From positions 35,900,001 to 35,964,000 of the forward strand of contig NW_024704742.1 in NCBI RefSeq assembly GCF_018977255.1: a stretch of 64,000 nucleotides of DNA, read 5' to 3'. Shown here in pieces: positions 12,341 to 26,330 of the stretch (position 1 is the stretch's first letter; every line of letters starts with the position of its first letter). The DNA is from Callorhinchus milii. Taxonomy: Eukaryota. Made by a program: the position numbers and the translations under genes. Under the pieces are notes generated by a model. It ran no database searches and had not been told where the DNA came from. It worked only from the letters and a program-made list of their open reading frames with translations.

Positions 12341-14849
12341 AAGACTGAAGTTCATCATGTCCTTTAAACACACTGTGAAAGTTGGCAAATGGATTTGATG
12401 AAATTATATTCTCACATTTTTGACTATTTTATTCTACAATGGAAGTAAGTGCCATCGCAGAAATGGACAGTCACCTGAAATGTTGTTAATCACAAGATCA
12501 CAAGATTAGTTCAGATAAAGAATGCCCTTCGACCCATCTGATCTCTCTCCAGAATATCCAGCCTTCCATCCTCCCATTACAGTATTATGCTTTTTTTAAA
12601 GTAAGTCCAGTGTCCTAGCTTCAGCCACCCTTCTAGGCAATGTGTTCCTGTCATTAATTACCTTCTGTGTTTTTTTGTAACTTGGGCTTTGAATTGAAAT
12701 GCTATTGAACCATGTGATTTGAATTGCAGTCCAAACAGCTTTACGTTTTGCTCAGCAACCATATGGCCTCACACCCCAGGCTATTTCCTGTTTCCTATTG
12801 GGCGGTACAATGCAGTTTATAAAAATACACTGCTGTTGAAAAATCCTTTAAATTAAACCTAGTTCCTTTCAGTGAAAGTGAGTGGACAGATTTGACTCAA
12901 GGCAAAGTCCGATTTTGCTGGAGATGAGACTTAGCCATTTTGGTGAGATGTAATTTGCAGTGTTAGAAATTCTGTTGACCCATGGGAACTCTGCTCTGGA
13001 AGTAAATCACTGGAGTGCTCTTCCCACAGGTCAGCCTGACATATTTTGGGCTATCAGAAGTCCCCATTTGCATGACTCGGATTGCTTTTAACAACATTTT
13101 GCATTTATACAGAATTCTTCATGTAGAATAATGTCACGGAGAGTTGAGAAATACTTATCTGTTAAGAAATACTGCACGTTTGACCCACATATTTATTTCA
13201 AGAAATAATAGAGGTGATTCTCTAAAAGTTAGTAATATATGGTGTTTGCAGCAAGACCATTATTTTTCCAACTTATGGTGTGGACTTATAACTGAATTTT
13301 CCAGTGTAAAGGCACAATGTTATGGCTCATATATGTATGGTTCAGCAGAGAATAGGATTTTCCCACTTGACAAGGTCCATAAATTTAGCGGTCTTCAGAA
13401 ATTCACCCTCTTTCAATACCATTTCAAGTTAACTTTCGTGCTGCTTCTTTAGTGGGAGGTTAGAAATTATTTTGCAGAAAGTAAGCTCAATACACACCAA
13501 AAATCACCTGTTAAAAGGCGAATGGCAAACTAAAGACAGTAAACTCGATAAATACTTATTTTAAATAGAGCTAAGGCAAGAAACTCTGAATACGAGTAGC
13601 TGTGATCGAATTCAAACTCAATGGATCTCACATTTTCCCTCCATCCTTTGAGACCTTCCAATGCATTTTGTGGTCTGGGAGAAACTTTTTTTTTATTATT
13701 TATTTCACCTTGCCATTAATTTTAAGGTTCACCAAGTGAGCTTTCCCAAGACAGTGATGAAAATCAGCCATAATAATATTTTATAGGCCCATAAAAATTA
13801 ACTTGCAACATTAGAACTAAATGTTTTAAAATTTACTTCACTAAACTTGTTGAGAAAATTGAAGGGAATCAGCGATATATACACAGACAAACAAGTCGGT
13901 GGGAGCACTTACAAAAAAATCACGTTATAATTGCATAATAATTGGGTTACTGCTTTTTCGACCTTTTATTATTTTTAATTTTCGACAGATAAAATGAAAT
14001 TCTGTTTTACCTTTTTGTCAGGGTTTATCAAATTTTCGCAATCTTTTTCGCTGACAAATGGTGATAAGCGCTTTGAAATGTCCTCCCGACATGAAAGGAA
14101 ATACGGGCATATAAATGTAAATTGTTGTTGTAAGGTTGTCTTGAACATCACTTTCTGTGCACTCCACATGAGCATTATACGCCAGTAACAACTTACTTCT
14201 GTATAGTGTCTTTCACGTCAGGAGAACGTCTCAAAGCACTTCACAAAATTAACTGGGAGCCTGAGTTGTAAGTGGGTGTTGCTTCACTTTGTTTAGTCCA
14301 CATGGTGGAAATCCATCATCATGTTTAAGAGTAACCAAACCAGACTGAGAGTTACATAAATGTATGCCATCTACACATGGACATTTTTCTATGTCTGAAG
14401 TGGAACATGCACTCTCTCCCTGGACGAACATATCCTGCTCACCTAAATCCAAAGTATTAGGTACAAATTAACATACGTTGAGGTACCGCTGGAGCCTAAC
14501 CAACTAAAACTGCATAGCTTGCCTTTGAGCACTGTCGAGCTAGTTTCCTGCTGCTTGTCCAGTGAGGGCCATCATACCCAATAGAGCTTTGGCTAGCCAG
14601 GTTAACAGTGAGTGGGAAGAATTGCTGCTCCCAGTGACCGGGTCTGCTCCTCCAACTCATGTTCATGAACCAGGTTGGCTATTCTATCATCAACAGTGTC
14701 TTGGACTAACTGGCTCATGAACCAGACGACCGAGACAGAGACAACCTTCACTTCCTGAACATGAGGCATAGTGTACACATGCAGGGTTGCAGGAAGTGAC
14801 AACCTTGACAATCTTATGACCTAGAAGTCGGCTATTTAGTTCTAGCCAG

Positions 14850-15212
14850 GCTCCATTGGCTCCCTGTCGCCAAACAGATCGATTTCAAGATCCTCACACT
14901 TGTTTTGAAATCCCTTCATGCCTGGCACCTCCCTACCTCTCCGACCTGCTTACCCTCCGCTCAACTGGCTCCGGCCTCCTGCATCTCCCTTGTGCCCTCT
15001 GCTTCACCAGTGGTGGCCGCGCTTTCAGCCACTACGCCCCAAAATACCGGAACACTCTTCCTCTATCCCTCTGCCTTGCCCCTTCCTTCCCTATCTTAAG
15101 ATCGCGCCTTCCCCTCTCTCCCCGGCTCGACGTCGTGTTCCGCCACTGTCAAGCACTCTGGTAAACTATCCTGCATGATCAGCGCTATATAGATGCATCT
15201 TGTTGTTGTTAT
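14850..15212 (+). mobile_element. L2 LINE 3' fragment
   Basis: CTCCATTGGCTCCCTG (LHWLP), FKILTL, APPYLSDLL and GGRAFS motifs; (TTG)n tail. Confidence 0.85.
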
Positions 15213-18200
15213 TTTGTAGTTCAAAACAGTATTAAAAATATTTTTTTAAAAACTATTTAACGATGGGGATTTATTCCTGGATTTGGAAGAAACCCAATGA
15301 TTACTGATTTTTACCAATTTAAAATAACTAATCTAATTATAAGCCACAAGAGAGATCAAGAAATTGGTTTCTGAATCGCTCAACAAGAATATTTTCATGT
15401 TATTTCCTGTCGGATACCTTTTCTATTTTCAATTCTGTATGTTTTATGACATTGCAATCATTAAGGTTAGGGTTTGTTTGCACTAGAAAATGGAATACTT
15501 TCCCACTTCAGGTGGCAGCATCAAACCCTTTCAGCTCAGGATTAGCACAAATAAAAAGCAGAAGAAAGCTGCTTCTGCTCTCACTCAACAATACTGCATA
15601 ACCTTTAAACTTTAACCTCAGAAGAACGCAAGTACATTATAAGTGGGACATTTCCAATTCCCCTATCAGCCAAGCTTTATGAGTCAGGCCAATAATCAGT
15701 GACAAAATAGGGCAATATCTACTAAAGAGACTGCCCAAACTGATTCCAAAATGGACCTTTACAGCTGACAAACAGGAGATTTTTATTCTATCAGTCTGAG
15801 TTGCCTTCAAGGCCTGGGCCCACAAGGTGAAAAGACAACATTGCTAATCCACTGTATCAGCTAGTCTGCTCCCAATAGTTGTTTTTGCAGTGCATACAAC
15901 AAAGTTGTTTTGAACCATAAAAATAAGTCTGATCTGTTGATGCTATGTGGAAAGAATTTTTTTTCAGCAGCAAATCATTGGCTGGAATACTCAATTCAGT
16001 TGATGTGTAATGATGTTGTCCTTGAAAGATTACAAGTGTAACCACAGTAAGATGCCTAGATTTTTATCTTCAATGAGTCATAAGAAATAACACTGCTTTC
16101 TATGTGATGATGTGCACTTAATTTGATGCACATCTTTCCCACTCTACCACTAGGAGGTGTGGAAGAGAAACCCACTCGGTGATCACCCTCCTCCCTTTCC
16201 TCTGTGTGTGGGGAGATTGCCAGCCCTTCCCAGTGGCACAGTTGAAATCGGAAACTCCTGTTGAGAATTATGGAAGCATCCTATCCTGCCCTTCAGAGCA
16301 GTACTCTGGTAAATCTATATTTACCAGTGAAGTCATTTGCAATGTTTAGTGTTACACTTAGCAATTTTACAATCTTATTATGTCTGTAAATTGAAATTAA
16401 TGTTGCAATGGAAGAAGGAGTCTTTGACTACCTATTAGGACTTCTGCTTACCTCATCACCAAGGAGGATAGTCACTGGTTAGTCCAGCTTTGTATCCTGA
16501 CTGGTTGGCTTCCTGCATATGGCACCCAGGTATAGAAACCCAGGTACAGAAGTCTTTGACTATCTAACAGCGACTTTGTCCAGCTAAGGATGCATACTTG
16601 GTAATTTCATTAGGTTGGTCTATTTTAAGTCTGGATTTGCTTTTGTATCCTGAGACAGTCCGTCACACATCAGCTGTTAAAACTGTGCATGCAGTTCCCC
16701 TTACATTTCAGTATAGTCTGAAACATTGTTTGCACAATAAAGTAAAATGTATCTCACCAGTAATCATTCTTCATGTGTATGATAGCTATTCTACCATGCA
16801 GGTCTAATCCTGTTCTCGCTCAGCATCCAAATTTAAGCAATTTTCAGATAGCAATAGGGAATGGGAACACTGTTTGATTTATTCCCTCTTCAGACTAAGG
16901 TCAACTCTAGAACATTGCTGCCTTGGCTGAAATCAGATAATTTAGTACAAATCTAGAATTCAACCTAATCACTTCTGTTTAGCCAATGGCTTACCAACTG
17001 AGCCTTGGGGGGAACTCTGATAGTTTTTTTTATATAAAAAAGGGGAATAGCCAACACAAAGTGCAAATGTAGGCATTAAACATCTTAACCCAAGTGGTTT
17101 GTTGGATTCACTGTTTGGAATTTTAACCCGGGGCACATTTTTTGCAAGAATCTACCCGGGATGTGTCAACACAAATCCAATTATGCGGCTTTATCTTTGC
17201 TTGTAGTTTGAGGATGTGTTGGATGGACGCTTGTTACATATATTAAATTGAAGGTGATAAAAAGGAGTTCCCTTTAACCACAAATGCTCATAATTGAAAG
17301 CACACATCAAAGCCATTGGCCTTTTGTGATGCAGTATGACGAAGATCTGCCATGATTGGCAGGGAGTTTTCAAGTATTTATGCGGAGTCCAGTGCCATAA
17401 TCAGAGACTTTAAGGATACATTGTCGAGCTGCCTTGTTTCTATTGCTGGTTCTCTCCATATTGATCTGCTGAAGACTTATGCATGTGAATGTCAACTACC
17501 ACTGTAAAGGATCCAAAGATTTTTTTGGTTTGTTTAATTATATACAGTGTAGGACTGACACAGCAACGAATACCCAGTAAAAACTGATACTGTTCTAAGC
17601 CTCCAATTAGTCTCAATGTAAAAATTATCTTCTTACCCTCAGATGAGGGTGTGCTGGAAGTGGAGACCAATGTGTTATATTGGAAGTTAGTTTATGGCAC
17701 ATTTGAGATCTACTTTGATCTGATTTGCGATTAGCAATGTAAACAGAACTTAAAAACAATTTGGGGTTGAGGCTATTTGTACTTTGAAGGTGTTTAAAGC
17801 AGGGTTTTGTAAACTGATACTGTACATGTACAACCGTGTTTCCTCTGGGGAGTGCTTGTCACAGAGTGCTCTCTCTCACTTGGTAAATGCAACAACATGT
17901 AGTAGGTCTACAACCAGGCAGGGCCAATGCATATTCATTATTGGAACGCAATTAGAATTTGGGCAATTTTAAAAAAAATGAGATGGAAAATACAACATTT
18001 CATAACAGGTTCTCTAAACACGTGTAATTAGCAGATAAAACCAGCATTCAGTACAGCAAATGTATAATCTGCAAACACAGATGAAAGGTTGATTATGTCT
18101 TTTAATGTTTTACCTACATTAACTCTAGGAAGGGTTTATTCTCCATAAGGCAGTAAATTTAGTGCAGTGAGTATCCATCCTCTGTTTCTTGTTAAGTTTG

Positions 18201-21200
18201 CAAACCCTGATCATGTGAACCTACAAATGCGGAAGAGGTGAATCCTTACTGGAATGAAATAGTGGGAATATCCACATAAGAACTTAAGAAATGCTAGACG
18301 AAAAATGAGACCAAGGGCCATCTAGTTTGCCTTCCATCTTTCGGATAGTCGCATGCACATATGTTCCAAACTACCTATGTACTATATCCTACAACATTAT
18401 TTCCTTAGAGAAAACTATGTAATATGCGTTTGAAAGAATCAACATTTCTTGCTTCAACCGTCTCCCTGGGGAGCCTGTTCCAGATGCTCAATTGTAGCAA
18501 AGTGAAAGACCTTATGATTCTTTTTGGCCAGTGGTAAGGTTAAAATCTTTGAAGAGCTTAACCTTCAAATGCAAGCATTCCTTGAAGCTAACATGGTTTG
18601 AAATCTCTTTAAAACGGTTGTGGTGACTGTGTAATCCAGCAATATTGTGATTGCAGATGTTTACTGTCAGGATTTTCAGCTTGCCCAAAATCTGCTTGTA
18701 CCACTGGTCCTCAAAGGGGCCCATTTTTCAAGCACAAGTGCCTGTTAGTCATGAAGGTAGAAGAGACCATCCACCAGACATTTTTTCTCACAACAGGAGC
18801 AGCTACAAATGAAGCAGTGATGAGTTTGATGGGAGCTTACACACCATTGCATGTGTTTCTCTCAATGCAGCTAAAGGTCATGTCCCTTTAAGGTATTAAC
18901 AAAGAATAACAGATTTTCAAGAAGGTGTTACTGAGTGTAAGTTTCGTCTTCCAAAGCTGACTTCTGGGTAAAGCGGTAATGAGTTAACAAGATAACAAGA
19001 TTCAGTATATGCTGACATGAATAACTATTATGCTTAGATCAGGAGTTTCCTAGAATGGAAGTAAATGGGAAGTGATTTGGCGGATTGGAATTCTGTAGTT
19101 GGATGGGAATTATGCTTGGATTGAGATTAGCCATTTATCTGGAGTCAAGCGAACTTGTTAAAATAAAGCTTCAGTATTGTTTTTTTAAATGTATCTTATG
19201 TACAGGTCTAAAATATTTCTTGATGTAACAGTTATCAACCCTTATCCAACTAATTGGGCCAAAAACGGCTGGCTTGTTTCCATTGAAAATAATGGAAATT
19301 CCTGAAATTCATCAGTGTAAAATGGTTAACCTCTTAAGGTCAGTGTTTGAATGTACTTTCAGATCTTTCAAATATTGTTCATGTGGTAGGATACATGTCA
19401 AAACAAATTGCTGCACATCAAGAACATGAAAACATGGTTTCAGGTGACTACAGCTCTTTGCAGTGACGTACATATATATAGTTGACACAAATAAACAGAA
19501 TGTTCAAAGTGATATTTAAACTCTAGAAATACTCAGAGGAGTTAGTAGTTGGAGAAAAATAAAAGTAACACCAAAACTCCTGTGTGAAGTAAATCTCACC
19601 ACTATTTTAAAAGCAGCTAAAACCTGGAGACAACATGTGCAATATCATTTCAAGAACTTGACAGTCTAAACCCCCAAACCTCTTCAGACCACATTCCAGT
19701 TCTGTCAAAACGCAGCGTTAATGGTTTCAAAATTTGCCCATAAGTAGATCTTTCATGCGAACAACTGCCAGTGGCAAACACATGTTGCTATGTTGCTATT
19801 GCGGCCCAAGATGTTTCACAATTTTCTGCACATGTAACACATCAAAGCCATGGGCTGTTTTTCAGCAGAGAATGCTGAAGATGGTCTGCTTTGATCCAAG
19901 TTTTCATGGTTTAATAAAGTGCTGTGTCCCACATTTGCACGTACTGCTCATTTTTCGTTTAGGTAAGCATTCAATGGGCAGGTGTTTTCTTTTAAAAGAC
20001 ATGCCTACAGGTTATTTTATTGCTGGGGTTCATAGGCCAAATAAAACCAATAAATGGCCCCCATGTAACTTTAACCCATACAATGCAAACTTTTTTTTCA
20101 CAATTTACCTAGTGTTCCGGTTTTGCAGGTTGATACCCAAACATCTGCAAATGGTTACCAGGAATTTGTGCTGACAATTTTAATTACTTTAAACTACAGA
20201 TGGACCTGTTTCGAAATCAGATGACAATAGTGTAATTTTCTACAATCAGAGCTTTGAGCTAGGCTCTTCATGAATGGTTTGAATTCTACACTGTCCATAC
20301 ACAAGGGTTAAAGAATTCAATGCTCTGTGAATCATTGGTAAAATTATAGCACCAATGAAAAATGTAGGAATGTCAGCATCTTGCACTATTGTTTCAGTGA
20401 GTACTATTACAGAAGAAATGTTCTCTGGATAAATGCATACATACCTGACCCAAGTGTGGAATTCCAATACACTAAACCACTTCCTACTCAGTGCTATTGT
20501 ACAGACTTTTTGATCCAAGCATAACACTCCAATATAGCCTGACCCAAGCATAAACTGTACTGTAATTATCCAGCCTTTAATGCACAACACACTTCCTTCA
20601 GTCAATGTGCTGCTACCTGCAAACAAGAAGCAGCAGTACTCATCTGATTATTGATGTGACAAAAACTTTTGTTAAGCGCTTTCATTTTTCATTGAATGTA
20701 GGGTGAAATAAGGTTGTGGTAAAAGGGTTTGTAAACCAGTTGTTTTATCTGGAGTTAATAAAAGTCCTGATTCAAGCATATAATTTCTTGGCAAATTAAT
20801 AATACCCATCAGAATTCAACCGTGAATTAATCTGAGCTGCGGTGGGTGGGTGTTAGTAGCTGTAAGCACAGTCGAAGAGGAAGGTTTTCAGGCAGAACTT
20901 GAAAAAGGGGAGAGTCATAAATTACCCTCTAAATAAAGAATAGCTTCAGCACGAAAACTTCAAGTCACAGCACATGAGCAAGGAACTTAAGCAAAGTAAT
21001 AATAATAATAATTACATTTTATATAGCGTCTTACCACGTCATTGAGACGTCTCAAAGTGCTTCAAAGAATATACTGTAAAGTGAATTAACTGTATTTTGT
21101 GGGGGAAAGACGTTTATCCTATCTCCAAATTTTGCACGGCAAAAGAAAACACACTTTGATAATCATTTCAATTGTACAATCTATTCTTCTACGTTCACTT

Positions 21201-21207
21201 TCTACAG

Positions 21208-21337
21208 CTTCTATAACTGGGATTCACACTTGAGTGCAACCAACGCCAGCCTACATTATGAGGTCACTGCAAAGAATGTCTCTGGACTCGTTTTCAAGTC
21301 CAAGAGAGACAGAAACATGTTAAGTGTCGATCCAAAG
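21208..21337 (+). CDS. CFAP299: CFAP299 (C4orf22) penultimate coding exon
   Basis: Acceptor ttctacAG and donor AAG|gtaaat. Translates (S)FYNWDSHLSATNASLHYEVTAKNVSGLVFKSKRDRNMLSVDPK, matching recalled human [44 protein letters not shown]. Not in the ORF track. Confidence 0.92.
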
Positions 21338-21584
21338 GTAAATGACTTTTTATCTCTTCCTCTACAATTTCTCCCATATCTTTAAGTACAAATAATATTG
21401 GTAAAAACTCAGAAACGCGGATTGAATTTAGAAACTTTGCTCTTAAATATTACATTTTCATAATTTCACAAAGATCTAGTTAAATGTTTTAACTTTGACA
21501 ATCCATGCCAATGTAGACGCATAGCAACATTAATGGATTTCAATCTTCCCCCTTCCTCTATGGAGTGAGATGGTGAAAATTAGC

Positions 21585-21750
21585 AAAACAGTGCTGGGCC
21601 ACACAGAACAGTAAGTTAAAAGTTCGAACTCCAGCCTGTGGTGAGTTAACTTGCTGATCTCAACGAGAACAGCAGTTGGCCACTACAATTGGCCTCAATG
21701 CTCCTGTGTTTGGAAAGTGAAAAAGCAGCATCGGTTCTCAATCACGATCA
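21585..21750 (+). mobile_element. Old SINE-like repeat, family unassigned; related minus-strand copies near 16805-17010 and 44590-44765
   Basis: The shared core GAGTTA..GCTGATCTCA...CTACAATTGGCCTCA.TG recurs in reverse at 44617-44700 (ACTGAGGCCAATTGTG...TGAGATTAGGTAATTC). Confidence 0.55.
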
Positions 21751-22749
21751 AGGCTTTGGGCATGATTTCTCTGTGTGAACCCTCTATGGGCTTATAATAC
21801 AGATGGGACACGTTTCATCGTTGAAGGTTAGGTAGTGTATGCTGGGACAAAAATTGTCAAAACTTTAACAGAATTAGTAGGTCTTCTCCTTAATACTAGT
21901 TTCTAGTTTTTCAAGACTAGTATGATGTGTTACGTGACATAGGCAAAGGACAAGTTCTAAGGACCCCAAGTTTAATGCAGCATATTGTGATTTGGCACAT
22001 TGTGATCTGCCCAATTTACATAAAGTGTTTTGCTAAGTGAGCAGTGTAACTGTAACATTTACATTTTTTTTGCTAACGAGTTTATAAAGACTTTTCACAT
22101 TTCCTCAATCCCATGTCATCTGTAGATTTACCATTTTACTGCCTAAAATGCCTTCTATTCCATCTGCTTATTAAAATGATTAACAGTGCCTTCTAAATAG
22201 ACAGGGGAATCATATCTTAAGGCCACTGCAACTGGTTCCATTGGGTCTTGTCCGTACCTCACGTTCGATGAACTAAACACTAGCTGCACAAACTAACAAA
22301 ATTGTACATTGCTCAAAATATTCCCCTTCGCCATGAAAATCACAACACAAACCTGGAGAATTGGCAACCCACTATTTCTTGCTAAGAGTAATTAAGCCAC
22401 TTAGTGTGGTTCACATTCAATTTACAAAGTCCATAGAATAACCTCAGGTACTTTTCAGTCCAAATTATGTGAATCTATATGATTCATGTATAGTGTGTCC
22501 TTATGTGGAAATCAAAGCATTCCTTACACAACTTAGCATAAATAGTATAATTCCACTAAGTAAGTATGTGTGGTATGATGCTGTGCATCTCCAAAAGTTT
22601 GATGCAACCAATGGAAGGCCACGATGAGAACAACCATTAATCATCATGGCAACAAGCACAACAATGTAGATCAATTCAACTAAGTCTTTATCAAACTTAA
22701 TGGTATCATAAGTATATCCAAAGGAAATAGAATGGAAATCAGAGTGTGG

Positions 22750-24155
22750 GGATGCCACAGAAAGACGTCACAGTGCAAATACTCAGATGGCATTTGAAGA
22801 TACTGTGGCCAGTCATCAAGAAAGTTTGTTTGGTGTTCATGGCTGTATGACTGCAGCAAAGACTAGGATGGAAGGATATAACAGCTGGACAGAGTCAACA
22901 TGAGCAAAAACACCTTTCGAACTGCCTCGTAGTTCAAGAAGAGATTTGGAAAGCAAGGTAAGGGTGCCTTGTGCATGATATTGCTGAATGATTTAAGTGT
23001 TTGCAATGTAGGAGTAATGTTTGTGGATGTTTCACAATTTAAAGTTGGCATAATTAACACTGGTGTTAGTTATCATCACAATTTGCTATGTTTAGTGTGT
23101 ACTAACACCACTTGATTCAAACTAAACATGGTGTAATAATTAGGCAGCACTAAATGATAATATTTCCCCATTTACCCTCCCTTTGCTCTGACTTTCAAAG
23201 ATCAACCATTTGCTGTGCGCAATTGACTGCCGTGTTCGCCCACAAATATACAGTCAATTCACTTACAGTGTGTTCTGTGAAGCGCTTTGGGACGTCCTCC
23301 TGGCGTGAAAAGCGCTATATCAAATGCAAGGATTATTATCAGTGTTTTCCTTTTGAGGTGAGATAATTTTTTTTAAATATTTGTAATTTGGGCTCTTAGA
23401 AAGTGTGGTAAATATTATTTTTGGTTTAAAAATTATTCTTTGGTTTAAAAGTTATTTTCCAGGCTCAATCTTCCAAAGAATGGCAAAATTCACACTCCTC
23501 ACAGACATTTATTGTATTATACCACACATAGTTTGAATCTATTAATGTTAGCTCACTCTAAATACAGCATGAATTATTGTCCACTTGTAAATTTAACTCT
23601 TTACTGTATGTATGCCTTATTTTGTTCTCAAAGTTATTCTACCCCTGGTTTACATTCCCTAAACAGGAAAAGACATTGTCAAGAAAACAAAAAATAAAGA
23701 AGCCGGGTGGATATTCAGTGCTGGCAAAACTAAAGCCAGCAGAAGAAATAATTGCACATCTCATTGACAATGAATTATCAGAGGTTGTGATGCCACTGAT
23801 AGGTGAGGGACATGTCACCCAAGGTAGGTGACATCCTATGCTTCCTCCAAGTTGCAGTATCCATAGAGCTATCCACTTTGCAGTTATTTGATGCAAATAG
23901 TATATGACTTTTTGAATGAACTTTGAGGAAGCTATGGACAATAATTACTGTGCTACTGCATTTAAAGAACCAATGACTGAAGCAGAGCTGCCAACAACCC
24001 AAGCTGAGGAAACCACAGAGGAGGAAGATGAAGATGAAATCAAAAGCTTTGACTCATCCATGGATGACATGTCTTATTATGCTAATTCCACCTCGCCCAT
24101 AATGAACATTATGTCACAGTCCACCGCAAAGCCAAGCACATCAGTGAATCCCGAG
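22750..24155 (+). pseudogene. Decayed Myb/SANT-like (NAIF1/MSANTD-type) Harbinger ORF1, spliced
   Basis: Exon-like block A (about 22750-22957, ending AAG|gtaag): AFEDTVASHQESLFG..WKDI..DRVNMSKNTFRTAS*FKKRF. Block B (23667-23823, cag|...|gtagg): EKTLSRKQKIKKPGGYSVLAKLKPAEEIIAHLI. An acidic block follows, ending GAG|gtatgg at 24155. Contains stops and frameshifts. Confidence 0.6.
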
Positions 24156-25222
24156 GTATGGCTGGGTATATGGTACACCAACAACAACAACTTGCATTTA
24201 TATAGTACCATTCATGCAGAGTAGCGTCCTGGAACACTTAAGTTATGGTATGGCAAGTTACACAACAATGGTAAGTTACACAACACCAGTGGTGGAGAGC
24301 ACAGTAACAGTGGGGATAGAGAGAGCAGAGGTACCACCTTGCAGCTGATCTGAAGCAGCTGGATCACATGTCCTATAAGGAGGAACAGGCTCTGTAGCCA
24401 AACATGGTACAATGGAGACTCTGGACCTGTGTGCTCCAACTCAAAAGAGACCTTGAGGGTCTCAACAACAGAGCAATGGAGAAACTTAGTGGACGTGTCT
24501 GTTGCCTCAGATTACCATCTTGGATGGTCAGGCATTCATAATGCTGGGGTGCACATCAAGAGAGGTTTAAATCCCATGACAGACTGCTAATCAAATGAAT
24601 CAAAGTGTGTTATGATAGAGGGTGGAAATGGCAGAGGTGTCAGTTGTAGTTGGTGAGCAACTGTCTGATGAGGATTCGGTGGAGCAGGCTCTACATCCAA
24701 TACAAACATGTTTGCAGCAAACGCTGACCAACTCTTTAGATGAGGTGACAGCCCCCTTTGTTACCGCATTGGTATCCCAATGAGAGCATTCAGTAGGGCT
24801 GCATTCGTGTATCTCCCCCTACAGGACCAGCTCAAATCAGTACAGTATTTTGATATAGGCTGGGCACTCTGAACACGTATCTATCCCTCCAGTGATGCAC
24901 CCCATCATTGAGGATAAGTCCACCTTCAACAGCGCAACACTTTTAGGCGAACAAGAAGCAGAATTCTTTCACCATGTTCTGTCCTTAAAAAAAAGCGTCT
25001 TGAGGTCATTCTCAGGCTACATGGACAGCAGCTAGCATGAACCCCTTCCTGTCTTCAAGAGGCAACCACCCCGTCTACAGGCCATAACCTCCACACAACC
25101 TAGCAAAGGTTGTGTGTAGATACATAGACAAAGCCCGTGTGCGGGTATTAGGAAGAGACAACATGCAGCAAAGCACACTGATGGACAGGCACATTGCTTG
25201 AGCTGTAAATATGTTCAGTCTG

Positions 25223-25352
25223 CAAATATTGTAAATACATGTTGTAAGTCTTGTAAATACATGATGTAAATATTGTAAATACACAATGTAAATATTGTAA
25301 ACACACAATGTAAAGATTGTAAATACACAATGTAAAGATTGTAAATACATAA
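25223..25352. repeat. Tandem repeat of about 22 bp (AATATTGTAAATACACAATGTA-like)
   Basis: About 5-6 visible copies, located between the two Harbinger ORFs. Confidence 0.85.
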
Positions 25353-25492
25353 ATAAGTAAAGGTTTGGTTTAAATTGCATTATATTAATGTTTGACATTT
25401 AATTGTTTATCTCTTGCAGGACAGGTACATGAATAACAAAACCCCAAGTGGGTCCCACCTCTTCTTAGTTGCAGTTGCAGATCATAGTACTT

Positions 25493-26330
25493 TTAACCAA
25501 CAAAAACATTTTGTAACAAACATTGATGAACAGCTCTACCAGTGCCATGTTCTTCCTAACCATCTTCATCCCCATTTTCCTCCGAGCTATTGTCAGTGTC
25601 TATCCACTAGATACCCTCCAATGGAAATATCCCTTCCTTCACTCCTTGCAGTTTTTGTGGGTACTTACTGTCATGGTACCCCTGAGTAATCCGAGCGCGG
25701 AGAGCTTTCGTTTAAATTTTTGGCTCTCGTAAAGGTAGTATAGTATCTGATTTCTGATGTTTGAGGGTTCATTAATGACTTCCTTAGCCAGGGAGTAAGA
25801 TCATAGTCATTGTCCCCGATGAGCCAAACCTTCAACTTATTTGGATCCAAGCTAGGATGCTTGAAGTCCATAAAATGAACACATCATGCAATAAGCCAGG
25901 ATAACGGCAGTTGAGATGTAAGATTCTGCCTTGACTGTCCCCTATTACCTACACATTAACACTGTGAAACCCTTTCCTGTTAATGTAGATTAGGATATTT
26001 CTGTTAGAAACATTGGTTACCACTGCATGTAGTCCATGTCCATAAAAGCTCCTCTGCTGTGCTACTTGTACATATGGGCCAAGAGTGAACAGACTATACT
26101 TTGGACTCTTCCTGTATAAGGCTTTTGTAACCTGTGGAATTACAAAGTGTGCAACATAAATCCTTCCACANCCCCCGACGTCTTCCACAGAGGTTTGAAA
26201 ATGAGTCCGTGGCAAAAAGATTAAGCACTAATGTCACTTATCCTTGATCGACAAGTCAGTAAATCACTCCTTGGCTGCAGTGTAAGCGTGAACATAGTTA
26301 CAGAGCTGTATTAATTTCTCAATTAGCTAT
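25493..26330 (-). pseudogene. Decayed HARBI1-like (DDE_Tnp_4) PIF/Harbinger transposase
   Basis: Colinear motifs across frameshifts: LIQLCNY..LQPRS, VTLVLNLFATDSF/QTSVED, YINRKGFHSVNV, DSQGRILHLNCRYPGLLHDVFIL, WLIGDNDYDLTPWL..LMNPQTSEIRY, DYSG, acidic linker, then GRAVHQCLLQNVFVG*. Confidence 0.85.

Noticed and set aside
1..21207. Earlier CFAP299 exons (GQEISGYIDY...LLPRPTDL)
   Set aside because: Not found by eye; presumed upstream of the window, though a diverged exon could have been missed.
25493..26330. A functional domesticated HARBI1 gene
   Set aside because: Multiple stops, frameshifts and deletions (and one N at 26171) indicate a dead transposase.
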